From IMG/VR virus record IMGVR_UViG_2721755663_000004: a stretch of DNA of 32,882 nt, one strand, 5' to 3'. The stretch comes from a virus (lineage: Duplodnaviria; Heunggongvirae; Uroviricota; Caudoviricetes). How positions within the stretch are numbered: the first letter of the stretch is position 1; the number at the start of each line of letters is the position of its first letter. The position numbers were made by a program, and so were the translations under genes. The notes under the pieces are model-generated. The model saw nothing but the letters and a program-made list of their open reading frames with translations, was not told the DNA's origin and searched no databases. This document shows, in pieces, positions 24,378 to 32,882 of the stretch.

Positions 24378-24902
24378 TCAATTAATCAGCAGTTCAGGCT
24401 GTGTCACCTGCAAGATGTATTCATGCTCGACAGCCAGGACACGCTTCTCTTTCTTCCGTTCGTTCATTAACCGACTGCCGATCGTACCTTTCAGCTTTGA
24501 GCGTGTTTCTTTGATGGCGTAGCGGTGCTGCATTTCTTCGCCAATTGCCATGCGGCGGCTCAGTTGTTCTGCCATCCAGTTGAATGCTGCGATATAGCTC
24601 TCCTTGATTGCCGCAGCAGCTTTCCCGGTGAACCCCATCACAACCATGATCCAGCCATCTTTCGTCAGGCTGTACATCGGGCGAACCTTGCCCTGCTCAT
24701 CGATATAATCAGCCGACGCAAAATTGCGTTGGCTAAACTCACGCGAGCAATCAGCCTTAACCTGCTCGATTTTCCTGAGAACATCACCGTGTCGCTTGCC
24801 GAAGTACTTGGCAATTTTTCTGGATGTGGTAACGACCTCTCCGTTTTTGGCTTGCACCATTTCTCGGAAGTCGAAGGCTGGAATAACTGAATGATTATTC
24901 AT
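24378..24902 (-). CDS. rha: Rha-family phage regulatory protein, 174 aa
   Basis: MNNHSVIPAFDFREMVQAKNGEVVTTSRKIAKYFGKRHGDVLRKIEQ... carries the Rha N-terminal signature (GKRHxxVLR); ATG at 24900-24902. The 81 upstream codons of the track ORF look non-coding. Confidence 0.7.
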   Translation of the reverse strand: MNNHSVIPAFDFREMVQAKNGEVVTTSRKIAKYFGKRHGDVLRKIEQVKADCSREFSQRNFASADYIDEQGKVRPMYSLTKDGWIMVVMGFTGKAAAAIKESYIAAFNWMAEQLSRRMAIGEEMQHRYAIKETRSKLKGTIGSRLMNERKKEKRVLAVEHEYILQVTQPELLIN

Positions 24903-25044
24903 AGCGTCTTTACCTTTTAGAAAGTGAGCCTGTCTCACAGAAAAGCCGCCCGAGAGAGGTCGCCACCTATAACGGCATTTCTCAGGCTCGCTTACTGAAA
25001 GGCTCTCGTTAATATGCGCGTGAGATGCGCTGTGAAATTCAGAT

Positions 25045-25069
25045 ATAAAAAGCCCCGCGAATGCGAGGC
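25045..25069 (-). terminator. Candidate rho-independent terminator downstream of Rz/Rz1
   Basis: Minus-strand GCCTCGC-ATTC-GCGGGGC (one G-U pair) followed by TTTTTATAT; plus coordinates 25052-25069 with the A-run at 25045-25051. Confidence 0.4.
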
Positions 25070-25244
25070 TAAATCCTGGTATTTGTAATGAACTGGCTCT
25101 TATCTCAACGCAGCCCCTTACTGCGCGCCAGATGCTCAATATCAAGCATCAGCAATGAGATGTTTAATCTGGATTTACTCCAGAAGTGATCACCACCCTG
25201 TCTACAGAGCCAGATGTGAAGGATGATGAGTAAAATTATCGCTA

Positions 25245-25712
25245 TCATCGAAGGCATTGCGTCCTAATGTATTCCTGAAGCGTTCTCAGTGCTGTTTGGT
25301 CGCGGATAATTCCGTCCCGGATATCGAGAACGTTTCGTCCAGCAACTGGAGAGAGTTCGACGGTGGCATCATTGCCCATGCCGGAGGCGCTGGAGGTTTC
25401 GGCAGAGGATGGCACAGGGCATTTTCCTTTGACGAGCACCCTGCCACCATTATCAAGCTTCCGCAGAAGAGCATCATTTTCAGCTTTCGCATCAGCTAAC
25501 TCCTTCGTGTATTTTGCATCGAGCGCAGCAACATCACGCTGACGCATCTGCATGTCAGTAATTGCCGCGTTCGCCAGCTTCAGTTCTCTGACATTTTTGT
25601 CGCGCTGGGCTTTGTAGGTAATGGCGTTATCACGGTAATGATTAACAGCCCATGACAGGCAGACGATGATGCAGATAACCAGAGCGGAGATAATCGCGGT
25701 TACTCTGCTCAT
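25245..25712 (-). CDS. Rz: Spanin inner-membrane subunit Rz (i-spanin), 155 aa
   Basis: [79 protein letters not shown]... matches lambda Rz in the N-terminal two thirds; start overlaps the R stop (ATGA). Confidence 0.85.
   Translation of the reverse strand: MSRVTAIISALVICIIVCLSWAVNHYRDNAITYKAQRDKNVRELKLANAAITDMQMRQRDVAALDAKYTKELADAKAENDALLRKLDNGGRVLVKGKCPVPSSAETSSASGMGNDATVELSPVAGRNVLDIRDGIIRDQTALRTLQEYIRTQCLR
25286..25492 (-). CDS. Rz1: Spanin outer-membrane lipoprotein Rz1 (o-spanin), embedded in the +1 frame of Rz, 68 aa
   Basis: [23 protein letters not shown]... with lipobox VAGC and proline-rich [11 protein letters not shown], entirely nested within Rz as in lambda Rz/Rz1. Confidence 0.7.
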   Translation of the reverse strand: MRKLKMMLFCGSLIMVAGCSSKENALCHPLPKPPAPPAWAMMPPSNSLQLLDETFSISGTELSATKQH

Positions 25713-26206
25713 TGTTTCCCCCACAAACAGACTTCACGCTCAATCTCACGGCGAGTCATCAGTCCTTTCCATTGATTACCGCCAGCGTATGTCCAGCGCC
25801 GTAGCTGATCACATGCGCCTTTGATATCACCGTGGTTTATTTTGCGAAGAAGCGTCGATGTTCTGAAATTGCCAGCACCCACGTTGTAGACGAACGAGTA
25901 AAGAGCGCCGCGCGTTGTTTCCGGTATATCAACTTTTATGTACGGGTTAATTTGTCTGGCGACCGTGGCAAGGTCTTTATTCAGGAGGGCTTTGCATTCT
26001 GCTTTGGTATACGTTTTACCGAGCATGATGTCTTTTCCTGTATGCCCGTGACATACAGTCCATACACCAACAATATCTTTGTATGGTATGTAGCTGACAC
26101 CTTCCAGACCATCGTTACCACTTGGGCCAGTGATTAACACTGATGCTATAGCAATTGCTCCGCCACCAATAGCAGCAGCAACGGCTTTTCGTAATGATGG
26201 AGGCAT
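25709..26206 (-). CDS. R: SAR endolysin (phage-21-type lysozyme R, T4-lysozyme fold), 165 aa
   Basis: Gly/Ala-rich N-terminal signal-anchor-release segment [20 protein letters not shown]; catalytic E-x8-D-x5-T pattern ([16 protein letters not shown]); matches the phage-21 / DLP12 RrrD-type endolysin. Confidence 0.9.
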   Translation of the reverse strand: MPPSLRKAVAAAIGGGAIAIASVLITGPSGNDGLEGVSYIPYKDIVGVWTVCHGHTGKDIMLGKTYTKAECKALLNKDLATVARQINPYIKVDIPETTRGALYSFVYNVGAGNFRTSTLLRKINHGDIKGACDQLRRWTYAGGNQWKGLMTRREIEREVCLWGKQ

Positions 26207-26421
26207 TATTCACCTCTCGCAGCCTTGCGCTTATCTTCTTTAATCTTGAAATAAAGGTTTGTCAGGTACGTCAGCAGGCCAAATACCAGGCTACCCAGCA
26301 CTCCAATTGCCGCCCACTGTGAGGGCGTGACTTTATCTAGCAGCTGTAAAAACCAGTACCCGGCACTACCTGCTGAGGTGCCATAGGCGACACCCGTTGT
26401 TAACTTATCCATGGATTTCAT
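26206..26421 (-). CDS. S: Pinholin (phage-21 S-type holin), 71 aa, dual-start motif
   Basis: [71 protein letters not shown]; two TM segments, charged C-terminus, Met1/Met4 dual start; matches S21 / EssD. Confidence 0.9.
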
Positions 26422-26530
26422 AACCCCACCTCGCAGACAAAGCGGGTGTAAATTGAGGGAATACTACGAAACGTAACAGACTCGGAGTCAGTGAATAACT
26501 CAGGTATTGGGTTATCAGCTAATATCGAGA

Positions 26531-26566
26531 CTCAAAAAATGGAAAAACCCGCTCGACGGCGGGTTT
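26531..26566 (-). terminator. Strong rho-independent terminator on the late-gene strand, about 110 nt upstream of S (tR'-like)
   Basis: Minus-strand AAACCCGC-CGTCGA-GCGGGTTT followed by TTCCATTTTTT; 8-bp stem at plus 26545-26552 / 26559-26566. Confidence 0.55.
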
Positions 26567-26749
26567 AAGCTGTGTGACGAAGTAACCACTCTTAACAGCA
26601 TAACCAATTTTTTACGTACGTAAACCACTAAATGATATTTGCGAGAATGCTACCGAGTATTGAAAACACTACTACAAATACATAAGCAAATCTCAACAAA
26701 TAACCAACAAATAATTTCCAGTGTTATTTTTAGCCGGTTTAAATTGAAC

Positions 26750-26790
26750 CTTCAAATTATAGAGCACTTATAAATAACAGCCATTAATAT
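26750..26790 (-). promoter_or_regulatory. Candidate late promoter (pR'-like): perfect -10 TATAAT on the minus strand, weak -35
   Basis: Minus-strand TATAAT at plus 26756-26761, about 190-220 nt upstream of the tR'-like terminator (lambda pR'-tR' spacing is about 200 nt). No convincing -35. Confidence 0.25.
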
Positions 26791-26993
26791 AAATTGGCTA
26801 ATAGATTTATTTTTATTCAGCCAAGAGCCATGAATAGGATTCGATAGAAAAAAGTTCAGATAAAAATAGAGATCTACTTCACAAATCAAACGAGAAACCA
26901 AAACTTACATCTTGAAATAATCACATTGATTAGATGAATATTTATCGCGCAGTGACATCATTTTTTAATAATAGTTCAAAAAAAGGGCTCACG

Positions 26994-28091
26994 ATGAAAA
27001 AATTAACAGTGGCAATTTCTGCTGTAGCTGCATCAGTACTGATGGCGATGTCTGCTCAGGCAGCTGAAATTTATAATAAAGACAGTAACAAGCTGGATCT
27101 GTACGGGAAAGTTAATGCTAAGCACTACTTCTCCTCTAATGATGCAGATGATGGTGATACTACTTATGCCCGTCTTGGCTTCAAAGGTGAAACCCAAATC
27201 AACGATCAACTGACTGGTTTCGGTCAGTGGGAATATGAATTCAAAGGCAACCGCGCTGAATCTCAAGGTTCCTCCAAAGATAAAACCCGTCTTGCCTTCG
27301 CTGGCCTGAAATTCGGTGACTACGGCTCCATCGATTACGGCCGTAACTACGGTGTAGCATACGACATCGGTGCGTGGACTGACGTCCTGCCAGAATTCGG
27401 TGGTGACACTTGGACTCAAACCGACGTGTTCATGACTCAACGTGCAACTGGTGTTGCAACCTATCGTAACAACGACTTCTTTGGTCTGGTTGATGGTCTG
27501 AACTTTGCTGCTCAGTACCAAGGCAAAAACGATCGTAGCGATTTCGATAACTACACCGAAGGTAACGGTGATGGCTTCGGTTTCTCTGCTACCTATGAAT
27601 ACGAAGGATTCGGTATCGGTGCAACTTATGCGAAATCTGATCGTACCGACACTCAGGTTAATGCAGGGAAAGTTCTTCCTGAAGTATTTGCTTCCGGTAA
27701 AAATGCAGAAGTTTGGGCCGCAGGTCTGAAATATGACGCTAACAACATTTACCTGGCCACTACCTATTCTGAAACCCAGAATATGACTGTATTTGCTGAT
27801 CACTTCGTTGCTAATAAAGCTCAAAACTTCGAAGCTGTTGCACAATATCAGTTCGATTTCGGTCTGCGTCCGTCCGTTGCTTACCTGCAATCTAAAGGTA
27901 AGGATCTTGGAGTATGGGGCGATCAGGACTTAGTCAAATATGTTGATGTAGGTGCAACCTATTACTTCAACAAAAATATGTCTACTTTCGTTGATTACAA
28001 AATCAACCTGCTTGACAAAAATGACTTCACTAAAGCACTCGGTGTAAGCACTGATGACATCGTTGCTGTAGGTCTGGTTTACCAGTTCTAA
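26994..28091 (+). CDS. nmpC: OmpC/OmpF-family general porin (NmpC / phage PA-2 Lc-like), 365-aa precursor
   Basis: [23 protein letters not shown] signal peptide then [24 protein letters not shown]... ending ...VAVGLVYQF; AAAGGG RBS before ATG 26994; orientation opposite to the late genes. The track ORF has a 20-codon upstream extension. Confidence 0.9.
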   Translation: MKKLTVAISAVAASVLMAMSAQAAEIYNKDSNKLDLYGKVNAKHYFSSNDADDGDTTYARLGFKGETQINDQLTGFGQWEYEFKGNRAESQGSSKDKTRLAFAGLKFGDYGSIDYGRNYGVAYDIGAWTDVLPEFGGDTWTQTDVFMTQRATGVATYRNNDFFGLVDGLNFAAQYQGKNDRSDFDNYTEGNGDGFGFSATYEYEGFGIGATYAKSDRTDTQVNAGKVLPEVFASGKNAEVWAAGLKYDANNIYLATTYSETQNMTVFADHFVANKAQNFEAVAQYQFDFGLRPSVAYLQSKGKDLGVWGDQDLVKYVDVGATYYFNKNMSTFVDYKINLLDKNDFTKALGVSTDDIVAVGLVYQF

Positions 28092-28228
28092 TCTGATTAC
28101 GAAAAAGATATGTTGCGGGAGGCGTTGCCTCCCCAACATATAAGTGGCTCCCTCAAGCCACTTCCTTTAGGAGCACAACCTTGCTTCTAACTATATAAAC
28201 CTTCTGTTATATATTACCCTTTATTTTT

Positions 28229-28255
28229 GGGGGCGTCTCAACGCCCCATTTTTAA
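28229..28255 (+). terminator. Rho-independent terminator downstream of the porin gene
   Basis: GGGGCGT-CTCA-ACGCCCC (7-bp stem) followed by ATTTTTAATAATTTTT on the plus strand; two weaker hairpins precede it (28117-28133, 28142-28161). Confidence 0.5.
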
Positions 28256-28280
28256 TAATTTTTAGTAAACAATTGGCATA

Positions 28281-28664
28281 TTAATTAGAGTTATTAACAA
28301 CGATATCCATCTCTAACCGGATATCTAATGCCATTAACATCCCTTCAATTATACCCTCAGCCTTCTGTAACCTTTTCCCGATATAACCATCAGAGCAGCA
28401 ATGCTTACCTGCCAGTGACATGAATGTCATACCGACTACATAATAATCTACTAATAAATCATGCAAATCGCTGTTGTTCTTTTTCAGACGGGCCATGCAC
28501 CCGCAAATGATCATCGCGTCATCGTCACAACATTGTGGGCGAGATTTTACTTTTGAAGGAATTAATCCCTTAAAACCGGCGGCAATGGACGACCAGGTCA
28601 CATCTTCATGATTATTAGCCGCCCACGCTCCCCAACGCTCAAGAACCATCTGAATATCACGCAT
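28281..28664 (-). CDS. Q: Late-gene antiterminator Q (short 21/82/DLP12 QuuD-type), 127 aa
   Basis: [60 protein letters not shown]... with Cys cluster (zinc-finger-like); position upstream of the lysis cassette. Confidence 0.8.
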   Translation of the reverse strand: MRDIQMVLERWGAWAANNHEDVTWSSIAAGFKGLIPSKVKSRPQCCDDDAMIICGCMARLKKNNSDLHDLLVDYYVVGMTFMSLAGKHCCSDGYIGKRLQKAEGIIEGMLMALDIRLEMDIVVNNSN

Positions 28665-28749
28665 CAACTTACTCCACAAAACTCAGACCAGAACGCCAAT
28701 TACAAGCAAAAATCAACAAAACAGTATTAGTTGATTGTTATCTCTGACT

Positions 28750-28890
28750 TCATACTCCTGCTCCTGTCAGTGTTTTGGCGTAATTCTTCAGTATTCGGTA
28801 ATCGGTCAAAACAGAACCGGGGAAACGATATAAGCGCAGACGCCCCCAGCGGTGGCGAAGAAGTTCTGCCATATTAAACTCAAACATCAT
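28750..28890 (-). CDS. ylcG: Small protein YlcG-like, 46 aa
   Basis: Hand-translated [46 protein letters not shown]; ATG overlaps the rusA stop (ATGA); not in the ORF track (below its length cutoff). Confidence 0.55.
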   Translation of the reverse strand: MMFEFNMAELLRHRWGRLRLYRFPGSVLTDYRILKNYAKTLTGAGV

Positions 28891-29249
28891 TCATTCCCCA
28901 TTTCGGTGATGGTCAGTTCCAGCCTCCCACCTTTGGTAACAGGCATCTTCACAACGCGGTAATCAACGACCTGAGCATCATCCATCCAGAAACCTGCTTT
29001 AGTGAGTGCGTCAAAAGCGGCTTTTTGCAGATTATCCAGGTCACGGCGACGGCGATCCGGCATGTGGCACTCAATACGGATTTTCACTGGCATAGCCAGG
29101 CCGATATCCAGCATGGAGCCTTTGATGATTCGGGCGACGTTATCGCGGTATGCCTGCCCTTCTGCGCTGATGTGCGTGCGCCCTCGATTATGGCGGTAGT
29201 AGCGGTTATTGCTCGGCGGCCAGGGTAGTGTGATGTGGTAAGTATTCAC
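28887..29249 (-). CDS. rusA: Holliday junction resolvase RusA, 120 aa
   Basis: [120 protein letters not shown] matches E. coli RusA. Confidence 0.9.
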   Translation of the reverse strand: MNTYHITLPWPPSNNRYYRHNRGRTHISAEGQAYRDNVARIIKGSMLDIGLAMPVKIRIECHMPDRRRRDLDNLQKAAFDALTKAGFWMDDAQVVDYRVVKMPVTKGGRLELTITEMGNE

Positions 29250-29536
29250 GCCTTAATTACCCCCTCTTTCAGCCAGATAACCTGCGTTCTCGCCATACCT
29301 TCCAGCGCGCATTCTTTTGCATATCCAGCGTCAACAAAATGCGTGCGGCGGTCGATTTCGTCGTGGCAGGCAGAACATGCAATGGTGGCAATCAGGTCTG
29401 GCGGTTTGGTACCGGTGCCACACAATCCAGCCAGCCGGATATGTGCCAGTACAGACGTTTCAGGGTTGCCATTACATATGCCAGGGATTCTTACCTGGCA
29501 TTCCCGACCACGCGCTGCTTTTCTCAAATCAGCCAT
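29246..29536 (-). CDS. ybcO: YbcO-like putative nuclease (DUF1364), 96 aa
   Basis: [64 protein letters not shown]... ; Cys-rich; ATG at 29534-29536. The track ORF extends 13 codons upstream. Confidence 0.75.
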   Translation of the reverse strand: MADLRKAARGRECQVRIPGICNGNPETSVLAHIRLAGLCGTGTKPPDLIATIACSACHDEIDRRTHFVDAGYAKECALEGMARTQVIWLKEGVIKA

Positions 29537-29699
29537 GATTCCTCCTTGCTGCCAGTCGCAACCATTTTTTATCAACCAGGCTGGCGGTATACCCTAGCAG
29601 TGTTGGTATTTCGGATGGCTTCAGCTCAGGCTTACGCTTACGACGATTTGGTACTCTGTAGATGTGTCCGTTCATGACCCGAATAAGCGGTGTAGCCAT
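29529..29699 (-). CDS. ninE: NinE-like small protein, 56 aa
   Basis: Hand-translated [56 protein letters not shown]; resembles lambda/DLP12 NinE (RKRKP...WLR); start overlaps the ybcN stop (TAATG). Confidence 0.5.
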   Translation of the reverse strand: MATPLIRVMNGHIYRVPNRRKRKPELKPSEIPTLLGYTASLVDKKWLRLAARRNHG

Positions 29700-30154
29700 T
29701 ACGCCTCCTGCTTGTCGCGCAGCAGCTGGAACTCGCAGCTCTGCGGAATAGTCAGGTGGCAGCCAATATTCATCGCCCAGGCTTCAACCTTACACGGGAA
29801 GACATACATCTCTCCGGTATCAAGATCGGAGGTATGGCGTAACGACTGGATCGTAGTGATTTCGCCGGTTACGACATCAACCAGGTCCTTGGTTTCATAA
29901 CCGAGGTATGTGTGTTTGAGAGCATCTTTCACCCATGCTGCAGTAGCGAACGATTTCCCCCTGCTTATGAGGTATTCACTGATTTCGCTGTACCACATGT
30001 GGCTAAGTGCATTCTGGGAAAGACTGCGTCTCTCGCGCCACGGTTTAAGCACCATGCGAAAGCATTTGCCGTCCTCCAGATAAGGCTGGATCTGCTGACC
30101 GATAGCGGTGAAGTTACCACGATGCAATTTGATGCCATCTTGTAGGAGGTTCAC
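29699..30154 (-). CDS. ybcN: YbcN-like nin-region protein, 151 aa, GTG start
   Basis: (M)[57 protein letters not shown]... resembles DLP12 YbcN; GGAGGTGA RBS before GTG at 30152-30154. Confidence 0.75.
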   Translation of the reverse strand: MNLLQDGIKLHRGNFTAIGQQIQPYLEDGKCFRMVLKPWRERRSLSQNALSHMWYSEISEYLISRGKSFATAAWVKDALKHTYLGYETKDLVDVVTGEITTIQSLRHTSDLDTGEMYVFPCKVEAWAMNIGCHLTIPQSCEFQLLRDKQEA

Positions 30155-30343
30155 GATTCACCTCCGCAGAGGTCAAACGCTGGATGCAAAAAATCGCAGG
30201 TGCATTTCTGCATCTGTGACAGCAAAAGAGAGTTTAGATTGTATGTGCGCATAAACGTCCCCGTTTAGCGCAGAAGTCACCGATGTTGTTCAGGCTCCGG
30301 TGACATTATTATTGCTGGTTGATTATGGAAAATCAAAGGTAGA

Positions 30344-30826
30344 TTAATTTAATAATCCTTGGAGAAATCTCACGCACCACCTCAATAGTTGCGCTTGCTC
30401 TTGAGAATCAACAAAAAGATAAGCTTCTTTATTTCCGTGGAAAAGGTTATTTCTTATCCTTATAACTATCTTTAATACTGTAGACATGGTGTTTAGATCT
30501 GTTGCTGCGTCATTTTGAAGTCCATTAACTATTCCCCGCCTATCTCTCTCTCGACCGACACAGAGGGCGTCAAGTCTTTCCTGCGCATCCCCGTTCAAAA
30601 TGTATCTCTGCTTAAAATCGTGAAAAAGTTCGTTGGGCACCTTTATCCCGGCGTCAAGTAACGTTCGCGCATAATTTAAACTGTCTTCCCCCTTAGCAAA
30701 GCCACCAAAAAAACTTTGCTCGACCCTAGGAAAAATCATGCAGAATTGAAGATAAACATCAATCAGTTCATCAGATGGAGGCTCCGATAAATTAAGTAAC
30801 CGCTGCAGTCCTTCTGCACTTATCAT
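30344..30826 (-). CDS. Hypothetical 160-aa protein with HEPN-like Rx4H(G) motif; candidate RNase/toxin-type cargo
   Basis: Intact [31 protein letters not shown]...[20 protein letters not shown]...; R-NNLF-H about 37 aa from the C-terminus resembles the HEPN/HepT RX4HXY motif; low-GC by eye; ATG overlaps the stop of the upstream small ORF (ATGA). Not a lambda or DLP12 backbone gene I recognise. Confidence 0.55.
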   Translation of the reverse strand: MISAEGLQRLLNLSEPPSDELIDVYLQFCMIFPRVEQSFFGGFAKGEDSLNYARTLLDAGIKVPNELFHDFKQRYILNGDAQERLDALCVGRERDRRGIVNGLQNDAATDLNTMSTVLKIVIRIRNNLFHGNKEAYLFVDSQEQAQLLRWCVRFLQGLLN

Positions 30827-31071
30827 TTTTCACCTTCCTGCTTAAGATGTCGAGGAGTGGATGCCTTGGGCAGCGCGATGCTCTGCTCGCGGTAATGTCG
30901 TGGCCGCTCCAAAAAATAGTCCCGCAAATGCTCAGGCTGCTCACGCATCACCGCTTCGGCAATAACCGGTATATTAAGGCGCTCTTTGTAGGTAACTCAG
31001 GAGACAGCAAGGTCAACGTTAACCTTCTCGCGCTCTTCTTGTGTTTTAGCGGCAATATTCTGCTTCGACAT
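30823..31071 (-). pseudogene. 82-codon ORF interrupted by an in-frame TGA (30997-30999); either a nonsense-disrupted partner gene or a 41-aa protein starting at Met 30946-30948
   Basis: Same frame reads MSKQNIAAKTQEEREKVNVDLAVS[61 protein letters not shown], with its stop overlapping the start of the HEPN-like gene. Confidence 0.3.
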
Positions 31072-31082
31072 GGCGTTACGTT

Positions 31083-31404
31083 TTACTCCTTTTTGGGTGC
31101 ATACACGTTGTTTATCCGTTCAATATGAATAGTTACATCCGGGCTTTCTAAGAATAAGAAGTCAATCAAATGACCAATGAGAATGCAGGCATCATTAATA
31201 GAGGACCTTGTGACTTTAATCCCTCCATGACTGCCGTGATTCCCCAACCACTTTAACGCCATGAATGCATCTTTATTTGGTCCCAGTTTATCTGAATAAT
31301 ATGTGATTCTTTCATGCGTAGAAAGACGTATTATCTTGCCTTTAACTGTTTTCTCTCTTGGTACATCAAGACTATCAAGCATCATCTCCAGTATGGTTCT
31401 CATG

Positions 31405-31430
<26 letters not shown>
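31083..31430 (-). pseudogene. 5'-truncated gene fragment (115 codons); N-terminal 9 codons and GTG start supplied by the IS911 left end
   Basis: ORF ...HMRTILEMMLDSLDVPREKTVKGKIIRLSTHERITYYSDKLGPNKDAFMALKWLGNHGSHGGIKVTRSSINDACILIGHLIDFLFLES...; upstream reading frame runs into the IS terminal sequence TGAAGTGGTTTACTG beginning at about 31405; low-GC. Domain assignment (possibly DUF4145-like) is from memory and tentative. Confidence 0.45.

Positions 31431-32882
<1,452 letters not shown>

Noticed and set aside
24903-25145. 81-codon N-terminal extension of the Rha ORF (track ORF 24378-25145)
   Set aside because: The Rha-family signature begins at the internal ATG (24902); the upstream 81 residues are hydrophobic/low-complexity, probably read-through of non-coding sequence.
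27033-27890. 285-aa minus-strand ORF antisense to the porin gene
   Set aside because: The porin on the plus strand has a signal peptide, RBS and terminator; the antisense frame is low-complexity. Late transcription probably does cross this region antisense, but not as a coding frame.
28117-28161. Two hairpins (GGGAGGC-GTT-GCCTCCC and AGTGGCT...AGCCACT) after the porin stop
   Set aside because: Neither is followed by a convincing U-tract on either strand; the hairpin at 28229-28255 is the better terminator candidate.
28092-28280. Expected position of pR' immediately downstream of Q
   Set aside because: I could not find a convincing -35/-10 pair on the late strand here; the better-supported candidate is at about 26756. 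Left unresolved.
30847-31128. 93-aa plus-strand ORF between the HEPN-like gene and the truncated fragment
   Set aside because: Antisense to the minus-strand small ORF that is coupled to the HEPN-like gene; no RBS and implausible composition.

Overview
This window is most of a lambdoid prophage, transcribed mainly on the minus strand, with its early region deleted. All calls rest on reading the supplied ORF translations and sequence by eye and on recalled lambda / E. coli K-12 DLP12 proteins; no search was run.

Layout (window coordinates):
- 1-22984 (minus): complete lambda-type morphogenetic arm, Nu1-A-W-B-C(Nu3)-D-E-FI-FII-Z-U-V-G/T-H-M-L-K-I-J-lom-stf-tfa.
- 23162-23173: recognisable cosN cohesive-end sequence.
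- 23373-24902: accessory genes ylcI-like and ybcV-like (plus) and a Rha-family gene (minus).
- 25245-26421 (minus): phage-21-type lysis cassette, pinholin S, SAR endolysin R, Rz with embedded Rz1.
- 26994-28091 (plus): an OmpC-family porin moron (nmpC/Lc-like) sitting between Q and S.
- 28281-30154 (minus): Q antiterminator and nin-region genes ylcG, rusA, ybcO, ninE, ybcN.
- 30344-31430 (minus): low-GC cargo of unknown function, a 160-aa protein with a HEPN-like Rx4H motif, an upstream coupled small ORF interrupted by an in-frame TGA, and a 5'-truncated gene fragment.
- 31405-32882 (plus): a defective, 3'-truncated IS911-like element fused to the 3' third of a lambda-type integrase gene.

The immunity, replication and recombination modules (xis through P) are absent, so this looks like a cryptic, DLP12-like prophage with an intact structural arm. 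The most interesting candidate for something undescribed is the low-GC HEPN-like cargo next to the IS/integrase deletion scar; its function is inferred from a short motif only.
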